From NCBI GenBank assembly GCA_950097015.1, contig CATNEN010000025.1:3162001-3226000 (forward strand): 64,000 nt of DNA, in the 5' to 3' direction. Numbering within the stretch: the stretch's first letter is position 1; the number at the start of each line of letters is the position of its first letter. The notes under the pieces are model-generated. The model did not search any database and was not told the DNA's origin. It saw only the letters and a program-made list of their open reading frames with translations. The position numbers and the translations under genes were made by a program. This document shows, piece by piece, positions 59,396 through 64,000 of the stretch. The DNA is from Macrostomum hystrix (lineage: Eukaryota; Animalia; Platyhelminthes).

Positions 59396-60659
59396 TCGTT
59401 AATCTTTCAGTCTTATAGGGAAAATATAAAATCGACTGAGCAATGATGAGTTTTCTGCACCCAAAAATTATGTCCTCAACTTGAAAAATCTGGAAATATT
59501 GGCATTAGAAGCGCCAGCAGAACATTTGTCTTCTGCCAGCCCTTCAGACCCGAAAGGCAGGACCTGAGCAGGGAGTAGGTAGGGACAAGAAAATTTAGGG
59601 TGGGCATTTCTATTGATTTCTCGCACCATACTCAAAGCTATAGTGAGTAGACTTGGGTTTGTGCGCTCAGGCCACAGCAACAACACAGCCAAGACAGCAG
59701 CGGCTAGAGATACAAACTAGCTTGATACAAGACAGCTCAGGGCTTGCTTTTCCGGAAAGTATGGGGATCGGAATCGTCAATACGTGTGTGAGGGAGTTCC
59801 ACAAGTATAGGGAAAGTACTCACAGTGGGAGGACTATCACCGTAACTTGTTTCACATAAAGTGAGAGATATACGGTTGACTCAGTTGAGCACATATATAC
59901 ACGCACACCTCTCTCCTCTGACGCGGTTGCTTTTTTACAGTGAGAAGAATCGACAGGCCAGCAATATGAGCGGAAATAAAAATGAAAAGTATGTAAAGTG
60001 GAGAGTAATAGGAAGAATGAGTTCTGCCAGTTTGGGCTATCAAATGGACACCCTGACATGTTCACAGGCTCAAGTGTGCTAAAAAACCTCAAGGTTTGTA
60101 ACTTTCACGCTTCAAAAATGTCCGAGCGCTGAAAGTACAAATGTAAATAACAGTGAATACAAATTATATTTTCTGTTTCAGCTACATTATTCTATGGCCT
60201 AGCTATTGCGTCACAATTGTTATGTACCGCATGCATGTTTGAATTGCGTACCGCTCATAGTTATCTTCAATGATAGATAATTGACGAAGTTTCAGTGTTT
60301 GGTAAAAGTACAGTAGAGATGTGTTCTAGGGCTGATTGTAGGACTCGTTTAGACCATAGAATAATGCCATAGACGAATTGCGTAAAATGTAAAGTGAATC
60401 CCCATACATGGTTTTGTCTATGGCACGTCTGTGGTACTTGCTTCGCACACGTGTGATGCGACGAAGTTTGCGTTCTAATCGTTTTAAATGGTACTTACTA
60501 AAAATTTATCAGGTGAAATTGAAAATCGATGTCGAAGTTAATGTGCGCAAGAGTGCACACTTAGGCTATCAGTGCGGCTTGCGTTGCATCATCACCCTCA
60601 CCGAACTCACTAGTGGCTGTTCACAAAAATATACTAATTCACAGCGGGGTGCGGGGTAC

Positions 60660-60745
60660 TGGCGCATAGGCAGGCAAAAGCTCACACAGGTGTGTACATC
60701 TGCCCTGACTTTCTTATCGTCAGGCAGTGTACAATCTCACCGTGA
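60660..60745 (-). mobile_element. SINE family A fragment
   Basis: CTCACACAGGTGTGTACATCTGCCCTGACTTTC..TCGTCAGGCAGTGT shared with the 46-kb copy. Confidence 0.7.
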
Positions 60746-60769
60746 CTTGGTTCACTGATCCACAGTCAA

Positions 60770-61480
60770 ACAACCTGACATTCAATCAACAGACATGTAA
60801 AATAACCAACAAATCTATCAGACAATCAACAAACCTGTCGGACTATCAACCAACCTGTCAGATAAATCAAAATACCTGTCAGACAATCAACCGACCTGTC
60901 AGATAATTAACAACCTGTCATTCAATTACCAATAATAATAATAATAATAATTGCAGGAGGGCTGCGGGCAATGGCACATCGTTTAGTGACACTAGACCCG
61001 CAGCCAGCGAGGAGGCAATTCTGCCCATTTCGCTGACTCCTGAGCACACACGCACACAGATACTGTACGCAGGCACACGCTCAAACGTGTGTACATCTGC
61101 CCTGACTTTCTCATCGTCAGGCAGTGTACACTTTACTGTGCCTTGGGGGTTGGCCTTCAAGGGCGTAAATTGCACGACAAGCCCCCAAGCCTTCTCTCCG
61201 CGGCTGTGCCCCAAATAAATGTGGCCTCGCCGTGGAATCGAACTTAGGGACCGTGGTGCGAGAGGCAAAGGCGTTAACCGCTCTGCTACCGACCCCCATT
61301 CAATTAGCAAACATGTTAGATTAATAACCAACCTGTCAGACAATCAATTAACCTGTCATTCAATCTACCAACCTGTCAGACAATAAACCAACCTGTCAAT
61401 TTATTAACCAAATTGTAAGACAATCAATTAAGCAGGACCTGGTGTTAGACTGTCAGATCAATCAATTAACCTGTCAAAAA
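60770..61480. repeat. Degenerate about 20-mer repeat CAACCTGTCAGACAATCAA, interrupted by SINE A
   Basis: ACCTGTCA recurs on both sides of the SINE. Confidence 0.75.
60933..61296 (-). mobile_element. tRNA-derived SINE family A, full-length copy
   Basis: Minus strand A box TAGCAGAGCGG, B box GTTCGATTCC, (ATT)n tail; TSD CATTCAATTA(C/G)CAA at 60919-60932 and 61297-61310. Confidence 0.85.
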
Positions 61481-62199
61481 ATCTGCCAGCCAGGTAGAAA
61501 AATGTTTTATTGGTTGTACTTAATATAGAAAAGTCAGAAAAGCTCGAATTAAAATATAGACTGCACAGAAAATGTATGATTATTGGTATAATAATAATAT
61601 ACCAATAATATAATAATAATAATATAATAATAATATGGAAATCGAAACCATGTCAAATATTCTCTAATGCCTACCCGAGCTGACTTAGCTGCATGACCTA
61701 ATTCCTTTACTTAGAAAAGCTTTGCATTAATCTTTTTCAGCTGTCCTATGTTCAGGCAGCTCATCGTACGCATTAGGCAGGCCACGCCCTGAAAACGCAT
61801 AGCTTTTTACCGTGTGTCCTTTTTAGCTGAGAAACCGGGTTAGGAAGCTGACTCTATAATGGAATCCATTTAGCTCGATTGATTATTAGACTATATGTGA
61901 GCCGCTAGTAACTAAAGGTAGCTCGTATTTACTACCCACTGATAGAAATAATCTCCGCCTAATTTGTGTAGTTGGAGCACAATGCCTCCTACAGGCTCAT
62001 GGGGAAAAATTGGGAATATTTTCCTGTCCTCAGTTCCTCTTAAATACTATATACTCGTAAATTAGCTGCACCAATTTTCCTTTCGCGAATTTACCTTTTC
62101 CTAAACACTGTCTTTCCTGTTGCCCATTAATCTCTTCAATCTCTGACTTTGAATATCGACAATTTTTTTTTTAATTACAGGGAGTAGTACCCCTCCCTC

Positions 62200-62440
62200 T
62201 GTATCTTCCTCACTTTCTCTCTCTCCCTGTTTCCTGGTCTCCCGTCTCCCCCGTCTCCCCCTCTCTCCTTCTTTCTCCCTTTCTCCCTCTCTACCTCTCT
62301 ACCTCTCTCTATGTCTGCCTCTCTCTGTCTCCCACTCTCCCTCTCTCCCTCCCGCCCTCTCTCTCTGCCTCCTCTCTCTGTTTCTCTCTTTCTCCCACTT
62401 TTCCACTCTCCCTCTGCCTATCTCTATCCATCTCCATCTC
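62200..62440. repeat. CT-rich low-complexity tract
   Basis: Directly visible. Confidence 0.85.
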
Positions 62441-63006
62441 TCAGAGCCAATGTTATAATTAGCAGAATGTTTCTGACTTAACGCCGCAGATACTACTTCA
62501 CTTGACAATCGATCAAGTAGTCAGCAGATGCGTGTCAAACATTCCGTTTTTGAAAGCGAAATTTTTACAAGAGTTTTTTTAAGCTTTTAATTTATTTGCA
62601 CTAGTGCAATAAATTATTTATTTCACTTTTCATCGATGCAAATAAATTTACGATAACACAGAACTATAACACAACCATAAACAAACAGAATTAAAAACAG
62701 AATCGCTAAAATCGCTAAAAATAAAATTGTTTGCCCGTTTCAAGTTAGGGATACATATCATATTCCCCACTCATTTAGTTGTCTAGGGCCAAAAGCACTC
62801 GGTATCTCGCTCATTGACCGAGGCGAAGCCGAATTAATAAACCATTAATTCCCATGCTTTAAGGGGTATCAATTTTGTTGTACCATAGACGTTTTTGCCC
62901 AAGCTATACTTTCAGAGTCAGAGACGGGGGTGTGGGGCAGAGCCCCCACTTCGGGGTGCCATAGACATTTTAGCCTCAGTAAGCCATTCCTATTTTTGAC
63001 TTATCT

Positions 63007-64000
63007 ATGGCGGTCCCGAGAGAGAAGGTAGTGGCCCTGCGGGCCTTGAACGAGGTTCTGCAGCTCTTGGCCACCTTGGTGGGTGGAACCGCGACGAAGA
63101 CGTGGCTGCAGTTTGGTTCCCAAAGCCCTACACACTGGTCCTCGGCGCCTCCGCCAATGATTGACGCGTCAGAGACTCAACTGCCGCGCTTGCTTAACTC
63201 CGGTCAGGCTTTTGCTCTTACCTTGCCAGTTACAAATACCGCCTCGACCAGGAGTCACCTGCCACCTGCTCACACACACACACACTTATCTATGGCCGAA
63301 ATTAAGTAAAAAAGTGGGTCATAACTTATACTTCTACTTCCGCGAAATGCCAAAGAAAGCTATACAACCCGGTACGCAGCACTTAGTTGGCATTTTTTAT
63401 GATACTCGGTTAGCAAACAAACTACACTTTTATCGAAGTATGTAACGTCGATGGCTTTCATTCTTTTCCTCTAATCTATTAAGAAGCTCAGTTCGCTTCA
63501 CATACAAAATCGCCATCTAGTAGAGACTTTCTGCCATATAGAATGCTTTCAACGGGCCTTTAATAAAATTCCTACCAAGTTGAAGTTCTGCGTCCTGAGT
63601 TTTTTTAGTAGTCCTTGGTGAAGTCACACCTAATAGTTCTGTCTATGGATTTGAGGGTCGAAATGAGTGGAATTCGAGGTCTGCGAAGCAGCCCCTCTAA
63701 TCCTTAGACAGAGCTGTGTTGTCTCATAATTTCAAGGGCGCCACAAGCATGATCAAGCATGATCCATAGACGAAAGTAGCGGGCACGGAATGCATTCCTG
63801 CCCGCGTCTAAATCATTCCTGCCCGGCACTTTAGTCTATGGAAAACTGAGATTTTACTCTATTTTTTAGGAAGCCGAGAGAATCAGTGGTCGGGACTGCC
63901 AATCCTGGACCTGAATGAGGTGGAGACATTTCTGACGGATCTACGGGATCCGGAAGTTTCGTATCGTGACTTGGATGTGCAAGAGCTAGAGGGCATCAAA
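63007..64000 (+). CDS. Probable 5' part of an unidentified gene (exons about 63007-63202 and 63870 to beyond 64000)
   Basis: Strong tttttag acceptor at 63869 then an open frame SRENQWSGLPILDLNEVETFLTDLRDPEVSYRDLDVQELEGIK to the window end; phase-compatible g|gtcagg donor in ORF 63007. Confidence 0.4.

Noticed and set aside
59468-59692. Minus-strand ORF as a terminal exon
   Set aside because: A plausible acceptor exists but there is no recognisable domain or partner exon.

Overview
Eukaryotic (animal) genomic DNA with GT-AG introns, many minisatellites, SINEs and DNA transposons. The gene style and the 20-32 bp minisatellite load suggest a free-living flatworm such as Macrostomum; this is inference, not verified. 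Genes, left to right: (1) the 3' ~20 exons of a Patj/MPDZ multi-PDZ scaffold (+, 454-28935, 8 PDZ domains in the window) with most introns filled by tandem arrays; (2) a MATH-BTB gene (+, 30627-33134); (3) an orphan terminal exon (-, 34115-34573); (4) an intact hAT transposon (34970-38639, 13-bp TIRs, perfect 8-bp TSD, 803-aa transposase) carrying a nested 209-bp MITE; (5) ELOF1 (-, two exons, absent from the ORF track); (6) BPHL-like serine hydrolase (+); (7) a signal-CUB-like-LDLa-TM membrane protein (-); (8) a head-to-tail non-autonomous Helitron-like unit; (9) a full-length intronless Slo1/BK channel (+, 54726-57950); (10) a probable new gene starting near 63 kb. The most notable items are the intronless Slo1 with a substituted Mg2+ site, the apparently young autonomous hAT, the Helitron-like unit holding satellites, and tRNA/CORE-like SINE heads that run into minisatellite arrays. 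Exon boundaries were deduced by eye from splice signals and phase continuity. No database searches were run, and homology statements come from recalled family sequences.
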